Source: Haplodiscus bocki (lineage: Eukaryota). Taken from it: a stretch of 64,000 bases of DNA. The position numbers were made by a program, and so were the translations under genes. The DNA is taken from positions 54,188,001 to 54,252,000 of the forward strand of contig OZ296657.1 of assembly GCA_965655095.1 (NCBI GenBank). The letters are read 5' to 3'. Below are positions 14,001-27,199 of this stretch, one piece after another. The notes under the pieces were generated by a model. It was not told the DNA's origin and searched no databases. It was given only the letters and a program-made list of their open reading frames with translations. Each line of letters starts with the position of its first letter. The stretch's first letter is position 1.

Positions 14001-14546
14001 AAAAAATACGAAGAGATGGGAAAGAATTCAAACTCTCTCTAGTTAACACTCGCATAGAAAGATTGGTATGATTGTTTTTGAGGAGAAAAAAGAGCAAGGA
14101 AGAGATTTGTTGTGGGGCAAAATTTCTGACGAAACTTCCACAGCAGATGGTTGCTGTAGTTTTTTTCATCTTATGTGCTGCGCAAAGCACAGAAAGGACT
14201 GCAAGAGAGAGCCTGGACTCATCAAGGAGGAGTTTCGTTTCAAGGAAAGGTTGCGTTTATGTTGTTTAACGTACTGTTATTGAAGGTCTTGCTGCAAAAA
14301 CTACAAAGTCAGCAGCAAATGACTAAACAAGGGAACATTTGAAGACAAAGGAGATGGTCTCGTGGCAAAAGGCAGGAAAGTTTTGGAGGAACAGAAAGTG
14401 TACTATCTACAAATTGCATATATGAAACGAAGATTTATACTGCTGTTACTTATGAGCAGACCCAAAAAGGTTTGCCGTATTTTTATGCAAAGATGGAAGA
14501 TGGTAAATAAGCAGACGGTATTCATACCGTTCTGTTAAGGATATGA
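11027..14546 (+). pseudogene. Protein-primed family B DNA polymerase (pPolB) with N-terminal zinc fingers, Polinton A
   Basis: MPSL..CKKYGSQTTKPDLARQKRRCSIGTLY..HIAK; motif A-like EIDASDLYS; C-terminal REPGLIKEEF; many stops and frameshifts. Confidence 0.85.
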
Positions 14547-14649
14547 AAGTATCAAACTTTGAACATATTGTTTCTTTTCATACATTCTATTGAACTTTTC
14601 GACACTTTATATACATCGTTTTCCATAGCAATCAGTCTCTACAGAAATT

Positions 14650-15233
14650 GCAGCTTGAAAGAACTGTTAACAAGCGTAATAAATAGCCGCAGGCGTAATA
14701 TTAAACCGCAGCTGTAATAATTTACCGCGGGCCTAATTTTTAATTGCGCACCTTATTAACTATCTGCCCGAGCGTGCCCACCCCAGAAAAGGTTAAACAA
14801 AATCTTGCCAAAAACTCACCATTCCGAAAATGACCATAACACCCGCCAGCCAATAAACGCTCATCTCATAGGGGATGAAGACCATTCTAGGCTCTCGGTG
14901 CCCATTTCGTATCTCAATACAAAAAGGCTGCCACCCCCATGTCCATTTCCTATCCCATATACTACTACCACTCCATATGTTAATACAAGCCGAATACACT
15001 CGGCTCCGCACCGCTATCCTAATACAACACTTCTCTCGACTCAACTGAACAGTTACTTTAGCCTTATCTTGATACATAATTCGCATGTAATAACATAGGA
15101 CCCGCGAAGGGTCAGAAACACCGGAACACCCATTTTGCCCACCATTTGGCCGTTGGATCCCCATAGCTTATAATATACCAAGCATGGAGGGTCTTCCACG
15201 ACCCCCACCGCGTCTGCTCACTCTCTTGCCATT
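14650..15233 (-). repeat. Right TIR of Polinton A
   Basis: Reverse-complement match to 4958-5525. Confidence 0.8.
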
Positions 15234-15798
15234 TCATGCACACTGAAAGTATTCCGGTTGCAGCCAATGATCTCAAAATCCGAATTTCTGGGAAAGCGGG
15301 AAGATTGTGTTTCATGATCTCTGCATACTTGTAATATGCCGACTTCTTGGTGATGGATGATGATTGAATCCGATGTTGACTTCGATCTTGGACGATCTTC
15401 TTACGAAAGTAAGATGTGCTCTTTTCATCAAGTCAAAGAAACTAGTCATTAAAAAGAAGCTGCATAACCAGGTCAGCCTTCCTTGAAATCTGTATTGAAG
15501 TATATACTTTCCCTGCAAGTTTACTTTGAAAAAAATGAATTTTAAAAAAGATAACATGCAGTTTCCTACCTACGTACGAGAAGCTTTAGCAGTGTCGAAA
15601 ACTGAACGTTTTGATAATTCATGTATTGCCTTAGCTGGCTCTATGACTATCAGTCGAACGGATGCCAGTTGGTTCTCCGCATTGTTTGATGAGGAATGAC
15701 TTAAACATGCCTTAAACTTTGAACTCTCATGTCATCATTGTTGAAGCCGATTTTCAAGTTTCTAATAAACAAACACAAAAACTGACAAACCTTCTGTG

Positions 15799-17316
15799 CA
15801 CTGTAAAACTGGCGCGTGCAAAATTACCTGCGAAGGCCGCAGGTAAACTGCTCCGCAGGTAAAAATACCTGCGGATGCAGGCAAAAATCTCCGCAGGTAC
15901 CGATTGCCTGCGGTTTCTGCGCGTAACTGGCGGAAATTTACCTGCGCCCGCAGGTAATTCACATGAAGTTTTCATTGTTCATGTCCGGGCGGATTCTTTC
16001 AAACCTCGGGACGTTTCATTTTATCCAGTTCCAAACACCTTGACCAAAGTAACCATTTGTTGCCTTTGAAGTCAATGGTGAACCCTTCAAATTTGATTTT
16101 GTTCCAAAAACGTTGAAGTGTTCCTTGCTGGCTCTTCAAACCGTTATCCAAAAAAAACAGCTCGCTGAAAAAGTCTTCACTACCATCAAAATGATCGGGA
16201 ACTGGCTGTTGTCTCTTAAATGTGAAGAGGAAACAACTTTAAAATGGATCTTATTGGGCTGCATAAGAAAAAACTCAAAGCAACTTGAATCCTAAAATTG
16301 GTGAAGTAAAGGCACAAGTTTTACAGTGTACTTTTTAGCCATATGATTTTGTAATATCGATTGATAAGCTTTAGGAAAGCAATGCAACTCTACTTTCTGT
16401 CTTTTTTGTCTTCCAGGCTATTTTCTTTGGAAGTAGTGGTAAATGTCTTTGATTACTTCTGAAAACCAAATAGTCTGTTTTGCAAGTTTTGTGTTAACTG
16501 TCTTTTGATGTTCTACTTCGTATACTCTAATAATTGTGCTTTGCTTCCTATGTTTGTGCGTCTTCCCTTCCAGCTTTCCCGCAAATAATGATAGGTTTTC
16601 GACAAGATTGCATTACCTGCGACGCAGGTAACTTTACATGCAGTTCGCAGGTAAAAAGGTCCCTCGCGCAGTTTACCTGCGTTACATGCAGTTTACCTGT
16701 AAATACAGGTAAATTTACCTGCTTCGAGGCGGCAAGCAACTCACGCAGAATACACGCGATTGCAGTTAATAAAGCACGCAAGTTGCAGGTAACTTCACCT
16801 GCATGATGCAGGCTAACTTACCTGCAATTTACAGGTGAATTTACCCGCAGTGTGATGGCAGATTGCCTGCAATTGCAGGTAGTTCTGCGTGGACTTGCAG
16901 GTTTTTTTGCCTGCGATTGTGCGGGTACTTTTTCCTGCGTTTGCAGTTATTTTTGCCTGCGTTTGGCGGGTATTTTTACCTGCGATTCCAGTGTTTTTGC
17001 CTGTAAGTTGCATGTATTTTTTGCCGGTAGAAGCAGGCAATTTTGCATGCTAGTCGAGGGCAAATTTGCATGAGTTCCGCATGTAAAACTACCTGTAAAA
17101 TACCTGTGGTATTCAGGTAAATTTACATGCGCTCGCAGGCAATGCGCGTGTGTTCTGCGCGAGGTGCTTGCCGCCTCGAAGCAGGTAAATTTACCTGTAA
17201 TTACAGGTAAACTTCATGTAACGCAGGTAAACTGCGCGAGGGACCTTTTTACCTGCGAACTGCATGTAAAATTACCTGCGTTTGCAGGCAATTTTGCACG
17301 CGCCAGTTTTACAGTG
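15799..17316. mobile_element. Young non-autonomous CACTA/EnSpm-type (CACTG) DNA transposon
   Basis: TIR CACTGTAAAACTGGCGCGTGCAAAATT(A/G)CCTGC almost perfect at both ends; TG 2-bp TSD (15797-98 and 17317-18); more than 20 CAGGTA/TACCTG subterminal motifs. Confidence 0.9.
16619..17281. repeat. Internal ~145-bp inverted repeat (16619-16763 vs 17139-17281) in the CACTG element
   Basis: GCAGTTCGCAGGTAAAAAGGTCCCTCGCGCAG...CTTCGAGGCGGCAAGCA is read in reverse complement at 17139-17281. Confidence 0.9.
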
Positions 17317-19497
17317 TGGGTGTGAATGTCGGACTGCATGTTGTGCATGTAGTTGATCAAGTCACAGTTGAATCTTAATCGGATATTGAGTTTTTGACAG
17401 TATCTGAGTGCCTGCTGGATGTTTTAGTCCAAAATTCGCAGAGTAGATGATTGGGAACAGTTGTATTGAGGCGAAGATTAGCACCTAAATTAACGCTATA
17501 TCAAACGCTAGAGCTAGACGCCTCCCCACAGTGAGCAAGAGTACGAAAGTTGGCGCGAGATTACGACATTACACTACGACAGGAAACGGGGACTTGCCAC
17601 ACTTGTAAACTAGAAACCTTTTGATCTTTTTGGGCCAGCAGAGTGGTTTTTGAAGAAAAAATGGAATAAATGGCGTTGCTGTCGTGATAATCGTCAACTG
17701 AAGAATGTAGAAATCAAAGATGATCAATCTCTGCTTAGGATTGATTAAAGTTTCCGATACTTGGGAAGAAACAGATGTTCATTTGCTTGGATATTTTTCC
17801 TGCATTTCGGTAAATACACCAGAAGAAGAAGGAAAAACCTTGACTAAACACAGCTCTCGCGATCAAATCGAATCATATGAGTGAAAGCGGACGCGTTTCA
17901 GACTGTGCTAAGCTTTTGCCGTATTGCGAAGAGCCATGATAGGAACTTCAGCCTCCGTTGACCAAAGTGCTCTATCAACTGTCATATGCGATAGAAATGA
18001 CATCATTTTCGCCACTGGATCCGTTGAGCTGATCTGGTGAGACTTGACGCAAGTTTTTTTAGCTTGCACAAGGCTGGATTCAAGTGCAACTTGTTAAAAT
18101 TACCTCAAGAAAAAACGGGATACTTTTTGGGCAAAAACTCTTCACATTAGGCATGGAGGCTGCCACAAACTTGCAACAAAAGTCAAATGCTTTAAGCACG
18201 ACTCAATTAGCCTTCTTTCAATTCGAAATTTAATACAAAAAAAATCATTCAATTGCACGCATTCAAAGTGCATCCCATCATGATCTTCATGGTTAAACTC
18301 GTTGTTTTCCGGTTGACCTTTGCAAACCTGCAAGCTTCGGACCGAAGCAATTGGAGGTTGTCAAAAGTAACTGCGCTGTGGTCGTATCTGTTGATGACAG
18401 ATGAGCTGAGTTTGATTTGGATGCTAGTGTTGCTGGAATATTGGAAGCACTGTACCACAAACAGGAATGGAGTGGACCATATATAGATACTCTGCCCTAA
18501 CTACTTTTGCTGCAAGTCTCTGACTTCCACGCAGATGAAGTATGATGTTTCAAAGCTATGGAGAATTGCCACCTTCATGTTTGTCAGATAGCTCACGCCG
18601 TTTTAAGAACCCAAAAAGTTACGCTCAAAACCAACAGATAAATTTTGTCTTGGCTGGCAACCTACGCCGTGGATTCAACGAGCGATGGATTATCAACCTG
18701 GATTAATATGATATGGAATCAAACCTTTTCTTCGCACTAAGCTGAAGGTTTTGAGCAATCGTACAAATCAGTGAAATGGACAAGAAACTGCGATAGCGGA
18801 AATCGCTGTGCAGAAGATTGTCTAACTTTTTTTTCACAAGAGCCATAGAGTTTACTGCCTTTGTTTCTTTCACTTAACAATCAAGGATGTTAAAAGACCA
18901 ATAGCAAGAATTACCATGGAAGCTGATCCCATAATGGTGCACATCGTACAGTCTTTCTTAGCTGTTCTTTCGTTTGAAGACGAAAAAAACTTTGCTGCTC
19001 TGGAACCGCTCACCAAACCCGATTACAGAACATTCTCCTAGTACTTTTTGGATCAAGAGTCTAGTGACGAAACTAAAGCGAGTCAGTTTTACTTGGAAAT
19101 TTGCCGGCGCGACCCAGATTATTCTTGAAAAAAATTCCCTTTTTACCAACATTCAACATACGTTTGAAAATCCTCAGGATTCCATCATCGCCATCGTTTT
19201 GAAAGAGCTTTCGAGTAAGGCTTATTCGGTGAAGGATCTGTTGAAGACTCAACGAGCTGACGCTGTCGCACTGGCCAATCTTTTGTTGATGGACGATGCG
19301 TCATTTCAACAACTTGCATTCAACCTTGATGTAGAATCGTTAGTGACAAAGTGTTGCGAACAGAAAAAGAAGTGCCTTTTTGAATAGCAAAGAGTTCTTT
19401 GTAGGGGAGGAGTTGTCAAAAATACAAACCACCTCAAGTTTTAAACAAGTCTCAGTGATGTCATGTTTAATTTACTCTGAAGCCACCCGCAAAAATC

Positions 19498-19690
19498 NNN
19501 NNNNNNNNNNNNNNNNNNNNNNNNNNNNNNNNNNNNNNNNNNNNNNNNNNNNNNNNNNNNNNNNNNNNNNNNNNNNNNNNNNNNNNNNNNNNNNNNNNNN
19601 NNNNNNNNNNNNNNNNNNNNNNNNNNNNNNNNNNNNNNNNNNNNNNNNNNNNNNNNNNNNNNNNNNNNNNNNNNNNNNNNNNNNNNNNNN
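19498..19690. other. Assembly gap (N run)
   Basis: 193 N. Confidence 1.
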
Positions 19691-20726
19691 CCTAATGCGA
19701 CAACGTCATGATAGACCAGGACTCTAGAAGGAAGTCACCTAGTGGATCATCTCCTCTCCTGCTTGTTAGGAAAGAAGTAATCACAACGATGCCAAATGGA
19801 TTACACGGAAGACGATAATCATGAAAAAGTTAAAAAATTGTTCAAACCCAAATTTGCAAAAAAGCAGGGCACATGGGTATTCTGGGAACACAGATCTTTC
19901 CTTGAAGTGTGCTGAAGCCGTGTGTGCAACTTCCAGTGCCGGGATCGAGCCCCGGAGCATCAAAACTCGGTGACTATTTGCCATCATCTGATCCAATTCA
20001 CTGACTTCGTAATAGGGCAGTTTGAGAGGTGCAGTGGCAGCGTCATCATTAAGGGAGAGATCACGTCAATATCAATGCGGAGTTCGCACATTTACGGAAA
20101 CTGAAAACGTGACTGAATTGAAGATTTTTTTTTCATAACATCATTACGACCGATAATAACAATGGTTTTATTGAAAATAATCTAGATTTTTTGCCTTTTT
20201 CGAAAAGTAATTGTCTTGAGTTTGGCACGGAGTTTGCGTTATTGTCACCGAAATCTCAAAACCACATTTTGGTTATCTTTTTTTGAAATCAACCGAAAAT
20301 TTCCCACGCCCTAGCCCCAATTTTTAGCTTGGATCAAAGTTGCCAAATTTTCTGGACTCCCACTTTCTGCGGCACTGTCACTACTTTTTCCCAAGTTCAT
20401 AAAAACTCAATTTTTCCTACGTTTTTGTCATTCTCTGCATCCAGAGTCCGTAAATGGCCACACCATATTAGCCAGGATTACAAGTGGAAGCTTTTCTCCG
20501 CCCAAAGTTTGCTGGCCGTCCCATAACTCTGAATTTCTTTCTTAACACCTGTAACCAAAGTCGAATAATGTCATTGAGTTATTAATTTTCGGAGTCTTTG
20601 CACCCCCACAGCATGGAACGAGATATGTACTGTACCGGATACTGATCCGCATTAGAATTAGAGTTGAAGGCTTCTGCTCATCAAGAACTCATCTTTTGCT
20701 AACGTCGCTGGCCACTTCCACTATGA

Positions 20727-21452
20727 CCCGGGTCGAACTTTTTGGGAATACACCGCTATTTTTACAGTATAGTGGCGTAAACGTCACTGACTCCGCTAAC
20801 TTTCAAGCAAAACGCCGTTAACGCCTTCATACCGACAAGTACTGCCGTTAACGCCACTACCGTTCCGATTGAATGCCATTAACGCTGTTATACCAGAATC
20901 AAAACACGTCTACGAAAAAATCTAAATTTCTAATATCATGAAAAATTTCTTCGACAAAAGGTTGTGAAGCTTTTAGAGCAATACTTCATCGAAAGTGAGG
21001 TGAAACCGATAGGGGTTGGAATCTGGGCCTGACCATGGTGACAATGCTAGTGTAAGTGAACATGTCATGACCAAGCAAGATTGCAAAAAAAGTTGAACAC
21101 GTCAAGGCCTGATTTTAGAGCTCGAGTCTTGCAAAAGACACGGCAGTTTTTATTTAGAAATAGTTGTGAGTTTTTATTTGCCTTTTTGAAGAAAATCCAG
21201 GAGACAAGTTTTTTCTGAATTTGTTATTCTATTGGTCCTTGTGGATCGTTTTCCGATGCCAAAATACCAGTAGTAAAGTTTTCGTTCTTTCGTTGCCCGG
21301 AATTTCCGAGTGGCTTTTGGATGAAAGCTATTTTTCTGGTTAAACGCTGTTAACGTCGCTATTTTTCCGGTTAATAACGGCTTCTGTTACTAATTTTGAC
21401 CGCCGTTGACGACCTTATACCGGAAAAATTTTGGCCAATATTTCGCCCCAGG
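20727..21452. mobile_element. Non-autonomous DNA transposon with CCCGGG termini and 2-bp TSD
   Basis: CCCGGGTCGAA ... TTCGCCCCAGG, flanked by GA on both sides; GCCGTTAAC-type subterminal repeats at both ends. Confidence 0.75.
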
Positions 21453-22199
21453 GAGCTCTTGCTGCTTAACTCTTGTACCCTGCTTAGTACAAGTATAAAT
21501 GTTCCTAAGTCTGTGTTCCCAACTATAAGTAACTTAAAGGACATTCAGAGAAAAAAAAGGATTTTTGGATCCTACGAGGTCTCACTAGTTCCATGTTGTT
21601 CCATAGGGTCTTACTGTACACTTATTACATCTTCTTCTAATTGGGAAAACATTCAAAATTAAGCAAGGTTTATTCATGCCATAGGTTTTTTTTCTTTGGG
21701 GAAAAGAAGAAATTTTTGTTGATTTCGGGCGAGCTCACCGGGACCGTTATTGTTCATATACTAGCCCATGTACAAGCAAACAGTTTTGCTGCGTATTGAA
21801 AATTAATCAAAAATTTCGACAGTCGTAAGAAAATTTCAAGGCTGTACGAAACTTCCGTTTAATTCAGCACAAATGAAAGTGTAAACTAAGTGACACCAAA
21901 ACCAAGTGACATACATATGTAAACCGTGCATGCCAATGCAAAAGACACTATATTACCACTAATAATTATTGTGAACGATAATTGCCTTGTACACTGTTCT
22001 CTGTTCTCAATTTCCGGCTGAAAGTTGAGCTATAGAAGTTAACACCCCGAAAACAAAATTTGTGCGAAAGGACTTGAAAATCCAAGAAAGAAACCATCAT
22101 GTTTCAGCATTTCAAAAAACCACTGGTTTTCTTCTTTTTTATATATAAACGGTAAACCCTTTAACATTTCTGACCAGATTGAGGTTCATCAACCTCATT

Positions 22200-23100
22200 C
22201 ACGAAAATTTCGGCAAAGAAGTATTTCAGGTGTTTTCTTTATAAGTTCATTTGATTGTTTTTCATTTATTGGGTTTTTTGGCAGGATGTTCCATGGGAGT
22301 GTTACTTTTTTGAACGAATTCTTTCTCAAAGTATCAGTTCAGATGCAACAGTTGAACACCAAATTGTTTGTTCGCACTTTATTTTTGAAATTTCCTGTAG
22401 TAATTTTTGTCGCAGCACATCTTCGAAACCTGTGGTCAGATAATCCTGAAGGAACATTCCAAACTCTCAAGGAAATTGATAAACTACATGTTCAACACAC
22501 AATATACTTTGCTCTCAATGTACAGCGTACTTTTTGAGTAAATGGTCTGTAAATGTACGGATCATCCCAGTAAACTGATCCAAACTAAAAACGGAACAGT
22601 TATGGAACAAACAAATATTTACCTAGTACCTTGAAAAAACCTCATGGTGCTATATTTATAAAACTCTAATTACTATATGATAAAAATCCAAGCTTGAGCT
22701 ACTGAACCAATTGATAAGGTGTATTATCAATAATACAAAGAAGTGAATTGACTGTAATCAGAAAAATGAGTAATAGTAGTACAACGATAAGGACTCTAGG
22801 AATTAATATTTGTTCTGTACGAGTTCCGTCGCTACTAGTATGCTGAAGTCACCAGCATTACATTTACTCAATAGTGTGCTAGAATGCTGAGTTAAGAAAG
22901 CGGATTAAGGACTGATTACGGACTCTCTATTCCACTGCCTTGCCTGACCAGCACTAATCATTGCCACTAGTAAATACGGAACTGTTCCAGATTATTCTAT
23001 TAAAAACTATTTTGAATGAGGAACAGACTAGGAGCATTTTTCATTTCTCACTATTTAATTTTTTTTAAATTTATGTTTTTTAACATTTTTTCATACTTCG
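22200..23100 (+). repeat. Dispersed repeat (probable retroelement 3-prime end plus LTR), inverted partner of 27200-28200
   Basis: GTCGCAGCACATCTTCGAAACCTG, GTTATGGAACAAA and AATATTTGTTCTGTACGAGTTCC match reverse complements near 27945, 27775 and 27570. Confidence 0.6.
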
Positions 23101-23149
23101 CAATTATGGACAACTTTCAGTTTCCGTTAATCGTGTACTATTAAAAGAA

Positions 23150-23914
23150 ATATCGGCACGGGAAAGTATTACATACTCCATCTTTGACGGATTATGTTAG
23201 TCCATTTCCCTTCGAAAGTTGGAAAAAGTGGAACCTATGGAGGAGACAGTGGATAGAAAGGTCTTTATTTCACGACTGAGTTGGCAATTTTGGATTGAAC
23301 TTTTATCCTAAAGGTACTTTTCCCTAACTCTTTTTTACTTGGCATGTAAACAATTATGTTTCGTGCCGAGGACAAAATATCAATAGGAGAAATGAAGGTA
23401 GAAAAGTTTAATATTATTGTGCTGTTGATTGAAACCAATTGTGTACAGTTTTCAAAATATTTCACCTGTAAGATGAAAGAATCAATTCAGTCTTAAGAGC
23501 TGCCCAATTAGTCTTCCTCGTAATGGCTGCATTGCGAAACAAGAAGAAACTAGCTGCCGACAACAAAGAGAAATAGGACAACCATCCTAGGTACAACTTG
23601 TCGCGAGACACATGTTGCTAGAGTCAATGAGGAGTATGTCACAAAAGTCTCAGAGGAAACCGAAGGAAAATTATCTAAGAAATTGACTCATGATTTTAGC
23701 GTAATAGAGAGGCGAACACTAGGCGCCTCGTCAGAAACTGCAAAAATTTTGTCTGAACTGACTAGTCCGGGTGAAATCCAGAACAACTCCGCAAACTTCC
23801 GCTCCGGAAGTCTGACAGGGAAAACCAGGAACTTAATGAAGATCGTCCCCAGAATGATTGTAATCCTGAAGTGGATACTTCAGTCGAAAACTCCCCTCAC
23901 TCTGGTTTATCACA
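23150..23914 (+). repeat. LTR-like repeat with MATLRNKR ORF start, copy 1
   Basis: MAALRNKKKLAA..NEEYVTKVSEETEGKLSKKL at 23523; upstream matches the reverse complement of 26960-27125; ends in CACA. Confidence 0.7.
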
Positions 23915-24115
23915 AAGTTTTTCTCTTAAAAAGCTGGTGAAAGATTTGTTTGCCACTTCCAGAAAAATTGACAGCTTTATGACAACTTCTGATAGAGTTC
24001 AGAGTAAAATTTGTCAACTTTTGGTTTGGTAAAAGTCAGAAAATCCGTTTGAGACAACGTATTCCACCTACTTTAAAGCAAAAAGATTGATGTTTAAGAT
24101 TTGTCCAATTCGTCT

Positions 24116-24870
24116 TGTGGATTACAGCCTTAGGGTTTGAATTCATTAATTGAGGGACCAATTGACAACAGTGCCATCTTCAAGATGAGCATCATTTTGG
24201 AAGCTATCCTTGGTACGATCCTGGTTTGCCTTGTCAGCATGCTTTGAATTTCTCGGAGTGGTTCCCGATTGCACCCGGACTTTTGAGTTCAGAAAATTGT
24301 GTAACTTTGAATGTGAGCCTAATATTCGGCTTTGTGGTGAGCTGAAATCCTGGGATATGTTTTTTGGTTACTCTAACCTCATGTTCCTTGGAAACTGTGT
24401 GATGTGTTATGAATAATTTTTGGAGCATTTGAGTTCATCCACAAGTTTTTCCTAGGGTGCTCGTCTTGAATTTTTTTGCTGACTGCAATTGGTTTCCCAC
24501 TGTTGCTTAATGTTGTCATTTGGGAACTTACATCAAAAGTTCTGAAGACTGAATTGGCCTTTTTCCTCAATAGCAAACTTTAACTCGGGGAAAGATGTGA
24601 ACAACTGATTTTGATCATCATTACAAAAGTTCCTAATTTCTCGTTTTTCCTCTTCATACCCTTTCGGCGGGAAGCGTAGTTGTTCACACACCAAGTACTT
24701 TTCATGACTTTACTCTAAAGTAAAATTGCCGACTCAGGCGGGAAATAAACCCCTGCTTCCGTTTCACCCTTCAAAAGGCCTATCATTTCCATCATTGATC
24801 AAAAGTTTGGCGGACCTAATCCGCCGAAATTGACATCAAAATGGGTTACTATTATATTTACATCATATAA
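24116..24870 (-). repeat. LTR-like repeat, copy 2
   Basis: MTTLSNSGKPIAVSKKIQDEHP..FLNSKVRVQSGT; GGCGGGAA motifs and AAATTGACATCAAA shared with copy 4. Confidence 0.7.
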
Positions 24871-24959
24871 GTTATTTTTATATTTTGAATTTTTTATATT
24901 TATATTTCTTGTGTGAAAGTGAAATGGGGAGTGATTTTGAATTCAGCAATTGAAGAAGA

Positions 24960-25305
24960 TATACCATTATCCTTTAGAAAACTATGAAAAGTTCTAGAGT
25001 AAATAAACACTACATATCAAAAGTGTGAGAGAAAATAGGGGAGAGAGTGACTGAGAAATTGTCTCAGTAGTTTTGCTGGACAAAGATACGAAATCTAGGC
25101 GCTCTGTCAAAACTGGAAGAGTTTCTTTTGATGTCACAAGTTTGGGTAAAACCCAGAATCGCTCGAGATACTTTCCACAATCATGACAGAGAAAACTAGG
25201 AGTACAACACGGACCGTTCCCAGAATGATTCGCATCATGAAGTGGGTACTTCCCTCAACATGTCACCTCACTCTGTGAATTTAGACCCTGACCTGGTTCA
25301 CCACA
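24960..25305 (+). repeat. LTR-like repeat, copy 3 (3-prime part only)
   Basis: RVTEKLSQ.F..TKIRNLGALSKLEEFLL..HHEVG; ends in CCACA. Confidence 0.7.
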
Positions 25306-26414
25306 CCATCATGATCTGATATATCTCCTATCGCCCCTGGGTAATAAAATGTGAAGACCCAATTTGTAACTTCTTACAAATCTTGGTAGAAATTCGCCAA
25401 AACGTTTCTGTTCCTAAAAATGATTTCTGCTCGAAGAAAAATTCAATTTTGCATTTTTCCAACTCATTTTTTGATATTCTAGTTAAAAATGAAAAATACT
25501 CTATTTTTATTTGGTCAAAAAGTCAGAAACCTCGCAAAAGTAGAGGCCAAATAGAAAATCTTGATTTTGATTGGTGCAGAAGCATAGACATTTACTAAAC
25601 ATTGTTACGTTTGGTGCTATCGTCATGTAATCTTTTCTCGCATTTTTATATAATGTTTTTCATGAAACTACTAGAGCAATACCGTGAATTTGTTTTTCAT
25701 CGAATGCTCAACAAATTGTTCAAACCTTTTCAATTCAAATTACACATTTTCTCTCTAAAATTTTATAAAACATTTGAAATTTTCATCGAACTGTAAGCAC
25801 TACATGAACTAGAATAGAAACAAGAAGTCCAACTGCGATTTGTTTTTTTGACAAAGTTTTTGACCCTTTATATGAACCAAAATTTTCTCGCAAATGCATA
25901 TTCCAAAAGTTTTTGATGTTATGACTATCTCACGCAGCATAACTTATACCAACGAATCCGTGCATTAAATTTTGGAGCTCCATGCGACAATTTCAACGAC
26001 AAAAAAGTTGAGTATGCTAAATGTTTAGAGGGAAAAGCCACAAGTTTTCAAAAGCAAAGGATTCCTTATGGATATTTCTCGCCTTACGGGCGCCACCGAC
26101 TTAGGCCGTTGCCGGCTTTTAAATATCTGAAAAAACTTGATACAGGTGACAGTGTGACGTAGACGGCCACCACCGACCCCGAATAGATCGATCGAGAAGA
26201 TACGCTCTTCCATAAATTCCGACGTTACTGGGCAAACTGAAATCAAGTTCTTCATGGCGTCTCGTGAATAAACAGTTTAACCAGGTGGAAGAACAGAATC
26301 TAAAACTCTTCATGTTATGTTTTCACTATGTATGAGCCAGAAAAGTTTACCGAAAGAATAAAAAACTTCCAAATTCGTCTGTTATGATTTGGACAGCTTT
26401 TTGAGTAAAGTGGC

Positions 26415-27199
26415 TGTGAGGAGCCTCGTCTGGGTTTGAATCAACTGAGTGATGCGACTGATAGACGGAGGATCCCACTTCAGGATGACGATCGTTTTGG
26501 GATATTCCCGAAACGGTTCCGGAGTGTATCCGAACCTGTGGATTCAAGAGAAATTCATCCAGTTTTGACAGAGCACCCAAAATGCTGGAATCTGTCCCGC
26601 TAAATTCCTGGGACAGTTTTTTAGTGACTCTGCCTTCAATTTCTTTGGAAACTTGTGTTATATATTCCTCGTTGATTCTAGGAACGTACGTGTTCCGTAA
26701 TTGGCCGTTCTCAGGATGTTCTTCTTGTGTTTCTCCTGCAGTGGCTGCCAAATTTCGCTTGTTTCTTAAGGTTGCCATCTTTTGAAGGGAAACAATTTAG
26801 CAGTAGTGAAGACTGACTTTTTTGTACCAAACTTGAACCTAACTTGCGAATAAAACAGAAGGTAGCTTTTTTGAAATAACAATTAGTATCAATATTGACA
26901 GTCAACAGATAATTAAAGTGATCATAGGAGTCTTGAATATTATTATTCTCGTTTCTTTTATTTATATCATTTCCTTGGCGGGAAACATAACTGTTCACAT
27001 GCCAAGTCAAGGTACAAACATGGCAAACCACTTTATTTATATTATCTATAAAGAGAAAATGCCAACTCTGGCGGGAAATAAATACCTTTATATCCATCTC
27101 TTACCTCATAGGCCGCGTCTTTTCTATCTTTCGACTGAGAGTGTACGGGCCTACTCCCTTAGAAATTGACATCAAATTGGTTTTTGCCGCGCCGACACA
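26415..27199 (-). repeat. LTR-like repeat, copy 4 (best preserved; ORF 26347-26778)
   Basis: TGTG...CCTCACA ends; ORF MATLRNKRNLAA..YITQVSKEIEGRVTKKLSQEFS..LGALSKLDEFLLNPQVR; no TSD found. Confidence 0.7.

Larger units (their letters stand above)
4958..15233. mobile_element. Polinton/Maverick copy A, internally deleted and pseudogenised
   Basis: Inverted terminal repeats (GGTGCGGAGCCGAG near 5173 vs its complement near 15000; ATATGGAGTGGCAGTAGTA vs TACTACTACCACTCCATAT) enclosing protease, capsids, integrase and pPolB remnants colinear with copy B. Confidence 0.9.
15320..20150 (+). pseudogene. Ty3/Gypsy LTR retrotransposon pol remnant (protease end, RT, RNase H, integrase), interrupted by a DNA transposon and a gap
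   Basis: RNase H LDAS..KSLTSTQMKY..LSWLATY..RWI at 18410-18705; degenerate RT active-site region near 17990; integrase RQRHDRPGL.KEV..W...C at 19691 and AEAVC near 19910; RT-RH-IN order. Confidence 0.7.

Noticed and set aside
4952-15239. 6-bp TSD for Polinton A (TATTGC vs TCATGC)
   Set aside because: Only 4 of 6 positions match and the termini are degenerate, so it is not used as evidence
15754-17073. Overlapping ORFs in the CAGGTA-rich region
   Set aside because: By-products of GC-richer repeats in a non-autonomous transposon; no transposase motifs
15799-17316. Zelda/TAGteam enhancer interpretation of the CAGGTA cluster
   Set aside because: The motifs are mostly CAGGTAA, the host is unknown, and transposon subterminal repeats explain them
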